Assembly (NCBI GenBank): GCA_943787795.1
Contig: CALSNU010000003.1
Span: forward strand, 160,001 to 224,000
DNA from: an uncultured bacterium
Lineage (GTDB): Bacteria; Planctomycetota; UBA1135; GCA-002686595
Reading direction: 5' to 3'
Length of the DNA stretch: 64,000 nucleotides
The translations under genes were made by a program, and so were the position numbers. Below are positions 8,479-18,373 of this stretch, in pieces (the stretch's first letter is position 1; every line of letters begins with the position of its first letter). A model generated the notes under the pieces. That model had not been told where the DNA came from. It saw only the letters and a program-made list of their open reading frames with translations, and ran no database searches.

Positions 8479-11400
8479 TCAGCGCGCTGGATTGCCAATC
8501 AGCAGCGCATTCGCCGCCTCAAGTGCCTCGCGTGCTGCGCTATTTCGCGGCTGCTGGGCCAGCACCTCCTCGAAGTAGCGGACGGCGGACTGGAGGTCGC
8601 CGGCGCGGGCCTCGACCTTGCCAAGGAGCAGCGTCATGGGCACATCCCCTGGGTTCTGTTGGAGCCATGCCAGCGCGCACTCTCGGGCGAGCTCATGCCT
8701 GCCCGCGCTGCCCGCGGCCTCGACGAGGGCCCCCAGCACTCTCGGAGAATCCCCTTCGATCCGACGCGCCTCGAGGAGCGAGTCTGTGGCCTCGTCGAAC
8801 CTGCCGAGCTCCGCCAAGGCCGCGCCCAGGTTCAGGTGCCCGATGGCGTAGTCGGGGTCGAGGTCCACCGCGGCGCGGTAGGCATTCTCTGCGAGGTCGA
8901 CCCGGCCGAGGAGCACGTGACTGCGGCCAATGCCCTCGAACGCGGGGGCGTCCCGGACCGCGAGGTCGTCGCGTCCGCGCACGGCCTCATGGAAGAGCGC
9001 GAGGGCGTCGCGGAAGCGAGACTCGTCAATGGCGAGGCGGCCATGCTCGATGAGCAGGTGGGGGTGCCGGTCCTCGGTCGCTCCGACCTCGCAGAAGGCC
9101 TGCACCGCGGCGGGGTCGGCCGGGCCACGGAAGAGTCGCAGGGCGCGACCATCAGCGTCGTAGACGAGGGTCGCCTGGTTCGCCTCGCCCAGCGCCGCGG
9201 CGGCCTCGTTGAACTCGAGGAGGACCTCACTGGTTGGGTCGAGCTCGCGGTCGCGGGGTCCACCCGTCCTGAGGAACGCCTCGACCACCCGGACCTCCGG
9301 GTCGTCGAGGAGCAGCGGGTCGACCTCGACGGAGCGACTCTCGCGGATCCTCACCACCAGGGGCGCGGGCGTGAGTCCGAGGGCGAGCGGGGTCCTCGCG
9401 GTGCGAGCGATGGCGGCCGTCCAGCTCCGGTCTGACGCGGCGAGGCCGCCCCGCCGAGGCCACGAGCGAGCGCCCTCGACCAGGACGTCGGCCGAGCCCT
9501 CTCGAACCGTGAGGCGGTGGGCGTCTGCGGGCAGCTCCAGCTCCTGGCGGCGGCCGGAGGGCCAGGTGACCTCCACCCGAGGGCCCGGCGCGGCGCTCGT
9601 CGGGAGCTGCAGGTCCGGTGAGACCTGTGACTGGAAGCCCTCCACCAGGGAGACGTGCCGCGCATAGCGCCGTGCCGACTGGGTGCCGCCGCTGGCATCA
9701 GGGAGCTCGACCTCGACCTGGGCGCCGAGGGCGACCATCCCGCCGCTCGCTGGAATCAGCCGGACCCTGATCGCGGCCTGGGCGCCTTGGTTCTCGTAGT
9801 ACACCAGCCCGCCCAGGGTCCACAGGGCGAGGTCGAGGTCGCCGTCGCCGTCTGGGTCAAAGGGAACGATGGCGCGGCCGTCGTGGGAGGCGTCGATCCC
9901 CAGGCACCAGCCGGCGTCGACCCAGGGCCGGTCAGCGGGGCCGTCGTCCGTCCGCACGAACAGGCGGTCCCGCTCATGCCCGTTGAAGGAGCCCTGGAAG
10001 CGCAGGGCCTCGTTCACGTCCTCGCTGCGCTCCCCGCGCTCGAGCCTGCGCCCGTCGTCGATGACCTGGCGCCAGTAGTAGGTCTGCCAGTCGCCCAGCC
10101 CGCGGTCCCGGTGGGAGGCGAAGCCGTTGGTGACCACAAGCTCCTCGGCCCCGTCGCCGTTGACGTCGACGAACTGGCAGCCCCAGGCCCACTCCGCCTC
10201 GTTGACCCCGAGGCCGCGCGCCCGATCTGGCCACGGGCCGGGCTCGGCGGGCTCGGTGTAGAGGGCGTTCCCACGGGCGATGGTGTCGACCCTGGCGCGC
10301 ATGGTCTCGGAGAGTCCCTGCGCGAGGGGGACCATGCGCATGCCCTCCTCGCTCGACATGTTGGACACGTAGAGGTCCCAGCGGCCGTCGGCCTCGAGGT
10401 CCGCGAGCGCAGCGCCCATGGTGTAGGCGCTGACGCCGCCCATCCCCATGGTCTCGTCCGCCACGAACCGGCCAGCCTCGTTGCGCCAGAGGACGTTGGG
10501 CCCGAAGTCGTTGCCCTCGAAGAGGTCGGTGTCCCCGTCGTGGTCCGCGTCGAAGGCCAGGGCCACGTAGGTGTAGCCCGTGCCCTCGATGCCCCGCGCC
10601 TCGCTCTCCTCGGTGAAGCGCAGCCCGCCCTGGTTGATGAGCAGGTGGTTGTCGGCGCCGTCGTGGGCCTCCACGGTGTTGTAGTCCGGCCCGCGGGACT
10701 CGCCGCTGCCGTAGACGGCGAAGAACAGGTCCAGGTCGCCGTCCCCCTCCACGTCCAGGGGCGCGACGGTCTGCACGGCGAGCCGGCGGAGCCCCACAGG
10801 GTTCGGCAGGGCGAAGGCCTCGGGGAGGTGGCGCCATGTGCCAGGCGCCGCGTCGGTCCTCGTCCAGAGGCCGGCGAAGGCCAGGCCTCCTCGGTAGCGA
10901 CTCGTCTCGGAGGCCACGAGCTCCTCGAGCCCGTCCCCGTCGAGGTCCACGAACAGCACGAAGGCGGGGCGGTCCGCGAGTCGCTCCATGGGGAGCGGGA
11001 TCGGGATGAAGCCGCCGACCCCGTCGTTGCGCAGCAGCAGCGTCGACTCGTTGCTGCGCGTGGCGATGAGGTCCTGGAACCCGTCCCGATCGAAGTCCAC
11101 CACGGAGAGGCCGCCGAGGGTCAGTGTGCGGTGCCGGTCCACGAAGTCCTGAAGCAGCCGCTCGTTCTCGGCGCTGGTGCCGAAGGTGAGGCCGACCTCC
11201 AGCGTTCGGTCCACGTAGCGCGGGGGGTCGTCGCACCGCAGCCGCACGCCGGCGCCCAGGGGCTGATCGGCGGTGGCCTCGCAGAAGTGGAAGCGCGAGA
11301 GCCGCCAGTCTTCCCCAGGAGCGGTCCGGGCTTCGATCTCCCCGTACAGGGTGATGTCCACGCGCTGCGCGGTCGGGAGCGGCTTGCTGGGCGCCTCTGC

Positions 11401-11934
11401 CCGCTGCGAAGGGGACGCCTGAACCCCCGCCCAGCGCAGGCGAACTCGCCCGGTGGCCCGGTCTCCGGACGGCTCGAGCTCGAAGCGGTCGAGCTCCAGC
11501 TCCACCCGCTCCGGGCTGGCGGTCCTTGGGCCGAGACCTGCGAGCAGCGCGACGAAGGCGCCCGGGACCCGGGTCCAGCTGCGGTTCCCAACGAGCCAGC
11601 AGACCTCGAGCCCGGCGGCTTCCTGTGCGCTCCCCGGACCCCGGACTCGCCCGGAGAAGTCCTCGCTGTCGATGCTAAGCGCCGCTCGCTCCAGGTCACC
11701 CCTTGCGAGGGGCTCGAGGAGCAACGCGAGGAGGTCCTGCTCGAGGCGGAGCGCCTCCAGTTCGGACCGGGCCAGGTCGGTGACAGGTGAAGCCGGGGGA
11801 GAGACGAGCGCGGAGCGCGGATCCAGTATCTCTTCGCCGCAGCCGAGGACCACCACGAGGGCGGTGATGGCAGCGCTCCACGTACTGACCCTCGTGCCGT
11901 CGAGGGCGAGTCCTGGCAGTCTGGAGGCGATCAC
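8479..11934 (-). CDS. CRTAC1-family FG-GAP repeat / ASPIC-UnbV protein with C-terminal TPR repeats, probable lipoprotein
   Basis: Multiple DxDxDGxxDL repeats, MSSEEG, WAWGCQFVDVNGDG, GFQSQ...VEVTWPSG (ASPIC/UnbV), TPR helices at the C-terminus and VLGC lipobox. Confidence 0.85.
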   Translation of the reverse strand: MIASRLPGLALDGTRVSTWSAAITALVVVLGCGEEILDPRSALVSPPASPVTDLARSELEALRLEQDLLALLLEPLARGDLERAALSIDSEDFSGRVRGPGSAQEAAGLEVCWLVGNRSWTRVPGAFVALLAGLGPRTASPERVELELDRFELEPSGDRATGRVRLRWAGVQASPSQRAEAPSKPLPTAQRVDITLYGEIEARTAPGEDWRLSRFHFCEATADQPLGAGVRLRCDDPPRYVDRTLEVGLTFGTSAENERLLQDFVDRHRTLTLGGLSVVDFDRDGFQDLIATRSNESTLLLRNDGVGGFIPIPLPMERLADRPAFVLFVDLDGDGLEELVASETSRYRGGLAFAGLWTRTDAAPGTWRHLPEAFALPNPVGLRRLAVQTVAPLDVEGDGDLDLFFAVYGSGESRGPDYNTVEAHDGADNHLLINQGGLRFTEESEARGIEGTGYTYVALAFDADHDGDTDLFEGNDFGPNVLWRNEAGRFVADETMGMGGVSAYTMGAALADLEADGRWDLYVSNMSSEEGMRMVPLAQGLSETMRARVDTIARGNALYTEPAEPGPWPDRARGLGVNEAEWAWGCQFVDVNGDGAEELVVTNGFASHRDRGLGDWQTYYWRQVIDDGRRLERGERSEDVNEALRFQGSFNGHERDRLFVRTDDGPADRPWVDAGWCLGIDASHDGRAIVPFDPDGDGDLDLALWTLGGLVYYENQGAQAAIRVRLIPASGGMVALGAQVEVELPDASGGTQSARRYARHVSLVEGFQSQVSPDLQLPTSAAPGPRVEVTWPSGRRQELELPADAHRLTVREGSADVLVEGARSWPRRGGLAASDRSWTAAIARTARTPLALGLTPAPLVVRIRESRSVEVDPLLLDDPEVRVVEAFLRTGGPRDRELDPTSEVLLEFNEAAAALGEANQATLVYDADGRALRLFRGPADPAAVQAFCEVGATEDRHPHLLIEHGRLAIDESRFRDALALFHEAVRGRDDLAVRDAPAFEGIGRSHVLLGRVDLAENAYRAAVDLDPDYAIGHLNLGAALAELGRFDEATDSLLEARRIEGDSPRVLGALVEAAGSAGRHELARECALAWLQQNPGDVPMTLLLGKVEARAGDLQSAVRYFEEVLAQQPRNSAAREALEAANALLIGNPAR

Positions 11935-11993
11935 GATTGGAAGGTACGGGGCTCCCTTCGGAGCTGAGGGCGTGAAGTCTACAATTGCGCGCC
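11935..11993. promoter_or_regulatory. Divergent pair of putative leaderless promoters
   Basis: Minus strand TACCTT-6nt-GTG(11934); plus strand TACAAT-8nt-ATG(11994). Confidence 0.6.
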
Positions 11994-12941
11994 ATGGACC
12001 AACGCGTCGTAGCTACTGCCTCAGGCGTCCTCTGGACGGCACTCGCCCTTTCCTTTCTCGGTTGCGTTGCTCCACAGGGCAAGCCGACCTCCCCGCCAGC
12101 GACCGGCTCCAGCGCCGGGGTCATGGCGAATCCCAGCGCTGATTCCCCCGCTGGCCCCACTGCTGGCCCCACTGCTGGGACCACTGCTGGGGGGACCCTT
12201 GGGCCTACCGCTGGGGCGGCGGGTGGCGCCGATGGGACCGGCACCCCTGCGGCGGCGGCGCTCGATGTGCCTGCGGTCTCAGAGCCAGACGCCGCGGCGC
12301 GGCAGCTGGCGGAGATGATCGGGCTCCTCAGTGAGTCAGAGGGCGCGCCGTTGATCGCGGCCTACGCGGAGTCGAACGGCGTCGACGGCGCGGCCGAGAT
12401 CCTGGTGCGCCTCAAGCCGGAGCTCCGCAGCAAGCTCATCCGCGAGCTGCAGCAGTCCAACCCGGATGAGGTCGCTGAGTACATGGAGGCGCTGGCCAAG
12501 GCCGCTGCGGCGGCCATGCTCACCAACGGACAGCTCCGTGAAGATGCTGGCAAGGTCGTTGACGACTGGCACGCTGCCGCTGCCCGCGGAGACCGCGACG
12601 GTTACCTCGGGAGAATGGCGCCGGACGCTCGCTTCCTGGGCACCGACGCCCTGGAGCGCTGGGACCTCGAGCAGTTCACCGACTACGTGAACAAGTACTT
12701 CGCGCCTGGCCGCGGATGGGCCTTCCTGCCGGACGAGCGGGTCCTCCAGCTCTCCGCCTCCGGGACGGTGGCCTGGTTCGACGAGCTCCTCGCGAGTGAG
12801 AGCTATGGAGAGCTTCGCGGGACGGGGGTGCTCGTGCGCGCTGGAGACGTCTGGAAGGTGGCCCAGTACAGCATGACCTTCACGGTGCCCAACGACGTGG
12901 CCGAGAACGTGGTGGACGCGGTCAGTCGGTCTGAGCAGTGA
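11994..12941 (+). CDS. Lipoprotein with low-complexity linker, helical domain and C-terminal SnoaL/NTF2-like domain
   Basis: FLGC lipobox; VDDWHAAAA...FLGTDALERW...VAWFDELL...RGTGVL...WKVAQYSMTFTVPND is typical of SnoaL_3 proteins. Confidence 0.8.
   Translation: MDQRVVATASGVLWTALALSFLGCVAPQGKPTSPPATGSSAGVMANPSADSPAGPTAGPTAGTTAGGTLGPTAGAAGGADGTGTPAAAALDVPAVSEPDAAARQLAEMIGLLSESEGAPLIAAYAESNGVDGAAEILVRLKPELRSKLIRELQQSNPDEVAEYMEALAKAAAAAMLTNGQLREDAGKVVDDWHAAAARGDRDGYLGRMAPDARFLGTDALERWDLEQFTDYVNKYFAPGRGWAFLPDERVLQLSASGTVAWFDELLASESYGELRGTGVLVRAGDVWKVAQYSMTFTVPNDVAENVVDAVSRSEQ
12147..12215. repeat. In-frame 12-bp tandem repeat encoding (AGPT)-like units
   Basis: ccccgctggccccactgctggccccactgctgggaccactgctgg, read directly. 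Confidence 0.75.
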
Positions 12942-12955
12942 GCGGTGCCCCGCCG

Positions 12956-13003
12956 GCGGATGAGCCGGCGGATGAGCCCGCGGATGAGCCCGCGGATGAG
13001 CTC
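12956..13003. repeat. 4 x 12-bp tandem repeat GCGGATGAGCCC at a convergent gene junction
   Basis: Units start at 12956, 12968, 12980 and 12992; the last overlaps the stop codon of the minus-strand gene. Confidence 0.9.
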
Positions 13004-14363
13004 ACCCGAGGGCGCGCGAGACGCCCCTGCTTCGGACCCAGAGCCAGGTGGTCTGCACCAGCCCTGCGATGACGAAGGTCACCAGGGTCCAGTTCAGGCC
13101 CGAGACGCCGAGGCCCTCGGCCATGAGCACGCCCACCTCGAGCAAGCCCCAGGCGAGGGCGAAGTAGATGAGGACCGCCTCCGTGATGGGGCGCGTCTGA
13201 TGGGCGTGGACCAGCAGGCCCTGGAACCAGCTCTGGGCGACCTGGTAGGACGGCATGAGCACACAGAGGGCCGCGCCCAGCCGGGCCATGGGGATCAGCT
13301 CCGCGGGGATCCGCTGGACCTCGCCGAACCAGATCCCGGAGAGCGGCGTGAAGGCCATGAGCGCGAGCACCGCCGAGGTCACGCCCGCGAGTCCCCACCC
13401 AAAGCGGCGGAGCGCCCTCGGCCCGCCGCCCAGGGCCACCAGGGTCACGACGACCTCGTTGAATGCCATGCCGACGCTGCGCATGGTGAAGACCAAGGCG
13501 TGGACCGGTCCCCATGCGGCCACCGAGTCCAGGGCGCGTGGCATGCGGTTCATCCCGGCGGCGCCGATGGGTTGAATGAAGAGCGTGACGAGCGGGGTGA
13601 GGGCGAGCGGCGTGTAGAAGCGCATGAAGCGGGCCACGGTCATCGTCTCGCCCTCTGGCTCCCGCCGGAGGAGGCTGTGGATCTCCTTCACGCGCCAGTG
13701 GGCATAGAGAGCCTCGGCGGTCACGCCCGTGGCGACGCCGCAGCCTGCGACCGCGATGCCTGAGAGGCCGCTCCAGACGCCGAGGCTGGCGAGGACCGCC
13801 GCCGTGGCCACGAGGCGGACCGCGGTGCCCACGCCGACGGCGCCGCTGCGTTCGAAGCGGATCAGCGCTCCTTGCTGGGTTCGCCTGTAGCCGATGGCGA
13901 GCGTCCACGGCGTCATGATCTGGAGCCCGATGCGGCCAGGCTCCAGCACGCGTGGGTCGCAGCCGAGGAGCGTGGTCGCGACGAAGTCGTAGAGGGGCGT
14001 GAACGCGATCAGGCCGTGGAGCAGCGAGAGCAAGACGCTCATCACCACGCCGTAGCGGAGGACCGCCGAGTAGCGCCGCCAGGAAGTAGAGAGCCGCGTG
14101 GAGGCGGCCAGCATCATGATGATGGGGCCCTCGATCACGAGGCTGATGGGGAAGACCACCGAGCTCCAGGCGGCGAGGTTGATCTTCGCCTCGGGGAGAC
14201 GCGAGACGGACGCGATCACCAGGGTCGGCTCCATCGCCATCAGGACCCAGCTCGCCGCCAGCGGCGCCCAGAGGCGGAACACGCGTCGCACATCCACCGG
14301 CTGATCGCCCGGGACAGGGGGGTCGGGCGAGGCGGGAGAGCTCAAGGGGCGACGAGGGTGCAT
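13002..14363 (-). CDS. MATE-fold, ANKH-like integral membrane transporter
   Basis: About 12 hydrophobic segments in two related halves (LWAPLAASW...LAAW and FYTPLALTP...VAAW). Confidence 0.65.
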   Translation of the reverse strand: MHPRRPLSSPASPDPPVPGDQPVDVRRVFRLWAPLAASWVLMAMEPTLVIASVSRLPEAKINLAAWSSVVFPISLVIEGPIIMMLAASTRLSTSWRRYSAVLRYGVVMSVLLSLLHGLIAFTPLYDFVATTLLGCDPRVLEPGRIGLQIMTPWTLAIGYRRTQQGALIRFERSGAVGVGTAVRLVATAAVLASLGVWSGLSGIAVAGCGVATGVTAEALYAHWRVKEIHSLLRREPEGETMTVARFMRFYTPLALTPLVTLFIQPIGAAGMNRMPRALDSVAAWGPVHALVFTMRSVGMAFNEVVVTLVALGGGPRALRRFGWGLAGVTSAVLALMAFTPLSGIWFGEVQRIPAELIPMARLGAALCVLMPSYQVAQSWFQGLLVHAHQTRPITEAVLIYFALAWGLLEVGVLMAEGLGVSGLNWTLVTFVIAGLVQTTWLWVRSRGVSRALG

Positions 14364-14434
14364 CGGCGCCGGCGTCTAAGCAAGGCGAACCCGGCGCGCG
14401 CGCCGCGCGAGCCGGGTTCGGTGGGGGGGAGCCG

Positions 14435-15685
14435 TCAGATGCCGCCGCCTTCCGGTGGCGGGGTCATCTTGAGAGGAGCGGGGCCGGCGGTCTCGCCCGG
14501 CGGGGCGTCGGTGCCATCAGGGGCCGGTTCAGGGGCCGGTTCAGGAGCAGGCTCCATGACACCTTCAGGGCGCAGGCGGAAGCTCGTCTCCTTCCAGCTG
14601 GGGAGGGCGTACGCCCACCCTTCGGTCGCGGCTTGCAGCTCGGCGACCTCGGCCTCCAGCTCCTCGCGTGAGGGGCCCTCGGCCTCTGGTGCCTCGGTCG
14701 GCTCCTCGCCGGCGATCGGGGAGGCGTCCGGCGCCTCCGGCTCGAGGGCGAAGGACACGCGCGACCAGGTCACCATGGTCTCGGGGTCGTCCTCGTCCGC
14801 GACCTTCATGGTCTCAACGCTCACCTTCAGGCCGCCTTCCGTGGTGAAGGTCGCGTCGGAGATGATCTCCTCCGGCCATTCCAGCGAGTCCGCCCTGCGG
14901 ACGTCCTCGAAGCGGAGCCGCTGCAGGGCTCCCAGCAGCTGGGCGGTGCCGGAGGGGGTCTTCGCGACCATGCCCTCGGGGATGTCCTGGACCACCATCT
15001 CGTTCTGCCCCATGTCCTCGCGCAGCGCGAGGACCTCGGCACCGTCAGGGTGAGTGATGGCTGCGGACGCGATCCGCGTCCGGTCCACGTTGAGGAACTC
15101 TGAATTCACCCAGCGAAGAGGCTGGGGGTCCACACCGAGCTGACCCGAGGCGAGGAAGGTCTGGGGACCCTCCCCGGGCAACGCGTAGTACTGGGTGTCC
15201 GGCGTCACTCCCATCTGGGCCGCGGCGGGCTCCGCGCGGCTGGTGCGCTGTTTGCCGATGAGCACGGTCTCCACGGTCGCTCCCTCCCCGTCACGCAGGG
15301 TCACCCGGACGGAGGCTGCCCCCTCACCGTCCGGTTCCACGAGGCCGAGGCGTTCGTAGCGATCGGCGTTGGCGGTCTTCGGTTCGAGGCGTCGCGCGTC
15401 CCGAAGGCCAAGGAGGAAGGTCCGGACCTTCTCTCCGTCGGCGGGATATCCGGCGGCCTCGGAGAGGACCCAGCCGGTGCCCTCCGCCCGCAGGGTGAGC
15501 GGGCCCCCTGCGGCTTCGATGCCGATCTCTCGCACATCGTTCACCCGGTCGCCCAGGGCAGGCAGGAGCCGCTCCTCGGTGGAGGCCGGGCGGGTGTCAT
15601 TGGCCCGCCCAGATTGGAGCGCCGTGGTGGCGGCGACGGCGGCGAGGGTCGCCGCGCCGAGGACAAGGATGGTCTTCTGGTTCAC
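14435..15685 (-). CDS. DUF4340 domain protein
   Basis: N-terminal anchor, W...GYPAD..V...L motif and KT....YERLGL; last gene of the GldA/F/G-like operon. Confidence 0.8.
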   Translation of the reverse strand: MNQKTILVLGAATLAAVAATTALQSGRANDTRPASTEERLLPALGDRVNDVREIGIEAAGGPLTLRAEGTGWVLSEAAGYPADGEKVRTFLLGLRDARRLEPKTANADRYERLGLVEPDGEGAASVRVTLRDGEGATVETVLIGKQRTSRAEPAAAQMGVTPDTQYYALPGEGPQTFLASGQLGVDPQPLRWVNSEFLNVDRTRIASAAITHPDGAEVLALREDMGQNEMVVQDIPEGMVAKTPSGTAQLLGALQRLRFEDVRRADSLEWPEEIISDATFTTEGGLKVSVETMKVADEDDPETMVTWSRVSFALEPEAPDASPIAGEEPTEAPEAEGPSREELEAEVAELQAATEGWAYALPSWKETSFRLRPEGVMEPAPEPAPEPAPDGTDAPPGETAGPAPLKMTPPPEGGGI

Positions 15686-17631
15686 GATTTGGCTCCTCCG
15701 CTGCGAGCGGTTCGGGCGCCGGCGCGGCCCATACGGACGCTGAGCGTCAGGGCCGCGAGAATGGCGGGGATGAGGAAGATATTCAGGAGCTTGAGGCGTG
15801 TCCCCAGGGCGTCAATCTCGGCCCGCAGGTCGCGCTTGACCTCCCGCAACCGGCGGCGCGTCTGCACCTGCTCGGCGCGGAAGGCGCTGATTTGCTCCTC
15901 CTGCTCCTCGGAGAGGATGAGGGCGCTTGAGGGGTCCTTGTCGCGCTGAAGCTGATCCAGGCGAGCCTGGGTGTCCGCGAGCTTGGCTTCCAGCTCGACC
16001 TCCTCGGCTCGGAAGCGTTCCTGGGCCTCGAGCATCAGCGCCTCCTTGCGAGTGAACGGGCGGCTGAACTCCGCCCGGCTTCGCAGGCTGATCAGGTCGC
16101 TGCTGCCGGACATGTTCTCGAGGGCGCTGACCAGGAGGGAGGCGTTGTCCACCTGCGGCTGGAGCCGCACGTTGCCGAAGATGTCCTGCATGGGCTGAGC
16201 CCAGACCGAGTCGTGCAGCATGTCCGCGTCGGCGAAGATGAGCGCGTTGAACGGGGCGGCCGACGCAGCGAGGTGCGCGTCCTCCGGGTCCGCGGCGGCC
16301 TCGCCGTCGAGGTCCTCGCTGGAGCCGTCCGCCGCTGCCCCGGGGGCTCCGTCGGGGAAGGCGCTCCGCACGTTGCCGCTGATGCGCATCGCGAGGGCGG
16401 CGTCGGGCGCGTTCTCGAGGAACGTGTCCGAGACGATCTGCGGGTCCAGGGGGCCCATCAGGGAGAGGGTGTCCATGGTCCCGCCGCCACCGGCGGTGGT
16501 GGTGGCGAGCGTCTCCACCGAGACCCCGTCCGGCGCGTCGTTCGCCCGCGAGAGGGCGCCAGGCATGAAGAAGCGCAGCTTTTTGAGGGGCGAGGTCAGG
16601 ATGTCGTCGCGGTTGATGGTCTCATCCGTGATCCCGAAGGCGAGCGGCATCTGCACCGGCTGGCCCGCCCGGTCGCGGACCGTGAGCGCCCCGATCGAGT
16701 CCCCGGCCACCCGGCTGGGCGTCATGGTCACGCCCCAGGCCGTGAGCAGGTCGTCGATCCCCGAGTCACTGCTGTTGTTCAGCGCCGCCATGGGGTCGGC
16801 CGATTGGCGCGCGGGATCGAGATAGCAGAAGGGGTCGACGAACGCGACGACCTTGCCGCCGGAGAGGGCGAACTGGTCAATCGCGTAGCGGCCGGCCGCG
16901 CTGAGTCCCTTGGGGTGTACGAGCAGGAGCAGGTCGATGTCGCCATCAAGCTCCGTCAGGGTGGCGGGGTCGAGGTCTCGGATCTCGTAGCGCCGCTCGA
17001 TCAGCTCAAGGATCGGCCAGGGGGGCAGCTGCTGGGGGGGCTGTCCCGGCTGGGCCGCAGGCTGTGACCCACCGCGCAGGGGGAGAGAGGAGATGATCCC
17101 CACCAGGGGGAGCTCGGGGTTCTCGAGCCGGTCGATCATCTCCGTGAGCTCGTACTCGAGGAAGCTCTCGCGGCGCGGGTCGAGGACGGGCAGGACCTCC
17201 TCGTCGTCCACGGAGTTGGTCCCGACGATGCCCATGTAGAGCCGGTCGCCCTCGGCGTTGGCCACGCGGCCCTGGATGCCGTAGCCGACCGCGAGCTCTT
17301 CCGCCTCCGAGTAAGGCTCGGGGTCGATGACCTCGAGCCGGAGCTGGCCTCCGGAGAGGGCGGCATATTCCTCGAGCATCTCGCGTACGCGCTCTGCGTA
17401 GCTCAGCAGCGGCGGCGCCTCGGTGGCCACGGTCTTGGCGAAGAAGAACCGCAGGGTGATGGGTTCCTCCAGGCCAGCCAGGATGTTGCGAGTCCCCTGG
17501 GACAGCGTGTACAGGCGCTGCTCGGTGAGGTCCGCGCGGACTCCCCGCAGGAGCGGGCCGGCCAGCAGGTTGAGGGCGAGGAAGAGGGCCGCCGCGAGGA
17601 GGAGGCCGAGGGTGGTGTTTCTGGTGTTCAT
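15682..17631 (-). CDS. GldG-family ABC transporter auxiliary component
   Basis: RADLTEQRLYTLSQGT, IDPEPYSEAE, LEYEL, LLLVHPK, IDQFALSGG, FVDP, LISLRSR and a C-terminal coiled coil plus TM helix. Confidence 0.88.
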   Translation of the reverse strand: MNTRNTTLGLLLAAALFLALNLLAGPLLRGVRADLTEQRLYTLSQGTRNILAGLEEPITLRFFFAKTVATEAPPLLSYAERVREMLEEYAALSGGQLRLEVIDPEPYSEAEELAVGYGIQGRVANAEGDRLYMGIVGTNSVDDEEVLPVLDPRRESFLEYELTEMIDRLENPELPLVGIISSLPLRGGSQPAAQPGQPPQQLPPWPILELIERRYEIRDLDPATLTELDGDIDLLLLVHPKGLSAAGRYAIDQFALSGGKVVAFVDPFCYLDPARQSADPMAALNNSSDSGIDDLLTAWGVTMTPSRVAGDSIGALTVRDRAGQPVQMPLAFGITDETINRDDILTSPLKKLRFFMPGALSRANDAPDGVSVETLATTTAGGGGTMDTLSLMGPLDPQIVSDTFLENAPDAALAMRISGNVRSAFPDGAPGAAADGSSEDLDGEAAADPEDAHLAASAAPFNALIFADADMLHDSVWAQPMQDIFGNVRLQPQVDNASLLVSALENMSGSSDLISLRSRAEFSRPFTRKEALMLEAQERFRAEEVELEAKLADTQARLDQLQRDKDPSSALILSEEQEEQISAFRAEQVQTRRRLREVKRDLRAEIDALGTRLKLLNIFLIPAILAALTLSVRMGRAGARTARSGGAKS

Positions 17632-17637
17632 CGTGCG

Positions 17638-18372
17638 TCAGTCCGCTTTCTTTTGGTCAACGATGACGGCGCTCCCGAAGAGGAAGAGCGCGATGACGGA
17701 GAGGAAGTAGAGGACGTCTCGGGCGTCGACCACGCCGCGGGTGATGGCGTCGAAGTGGTCGAGGAACGAGAGGTTCCGGATGGAGCCCACGAACCACTCG
17801 GGTGCCCAGCCGCTGATGGCGTCCGTGACGGCCGGGAAGCCGGCCAGCACAAACAGGAGCGAGGCCGTGAAGGTCAGCACGAAGGCGCTGACCTGGTTCT
17901 TCGTGAGGGCGGAGAGAGCGGAGCCCACGGCCAGGAAGCCCCCGGCCATCAAGAAGCTCCCGAGATAGCTGGCGAGGATCACGCCGTTGTCGGGCTCCCC
18001 GAGGTAGTTGACGGTCCACCAGTTGGTCACCGTCAGGGCGAGCCCGAGGCCCGTGAAGGCCCAGGCGGCGAGGAACTTGCCGAGCACCGCGCCGCCCGTG
18101 GAGATGGGCAGCGTCATGAGGAACTCGATGGTCCCCGATCGGCGCTCCTCCGCCCACAGGCGCATGGAGAGCGCCGGGATGAGGGCCAGGTAGAGCCAAG
18201 GGTGGAAGGTGAAGAAGCCGCGCAGATCGGCCTGCTCCAGCTCGTAGTAGCCGCCCAGCTGCCACGTGAACACACCGGCGAGGATCAGGAAGATCACCAG
18301 GAAGACGTAGGCCACCGGGGTGCCGAAGTACCCCGCCAGCTCGCGCCGGAAGACGGTCATGGTTCCACGCAT
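17638..18372 (-). CDS. GldF-like ABC-2 permease
   Basis: RRELAGYFGTPVAYVF, PALSMRLWAEERRSGTIE, VLGKFLA, SALTKNQ. Confidence 0.9.
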   Translation of the reverse strand: MRGTMTVFRRELAGYFGTPVAYVFLVIFLILAGVFTWQLGGYYELEQADLRGFFTFHPWLYLALIPALSMRLWAEERRSGTIEFLMTLPISTGGAVLGKFLAAWAFTGLGLALTVTNWWTVNYLGEPDNGVILASYLGSFLMAGGFLAVGSALSALTKNQVSAFVLTFTASLLFVLAGFPAVTDAISGWAPEWFVGSIRNLSFLDHFDAITRGVVDARDVLYFLSVIALFLFGSAVIVDQKKAD

Positions 18373-18373
18373 C

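Noticed and set aside
9655..11790. Long antisense or alternative-frame ORFs (also 21482-23293, 36623-38035, 40261-41904, 53601-55193, 58562-60088)
   Set aside because: They shadow well-supported genes on the other strand, lack motifs, and are expected in high-GC DNA with strong codon bias.
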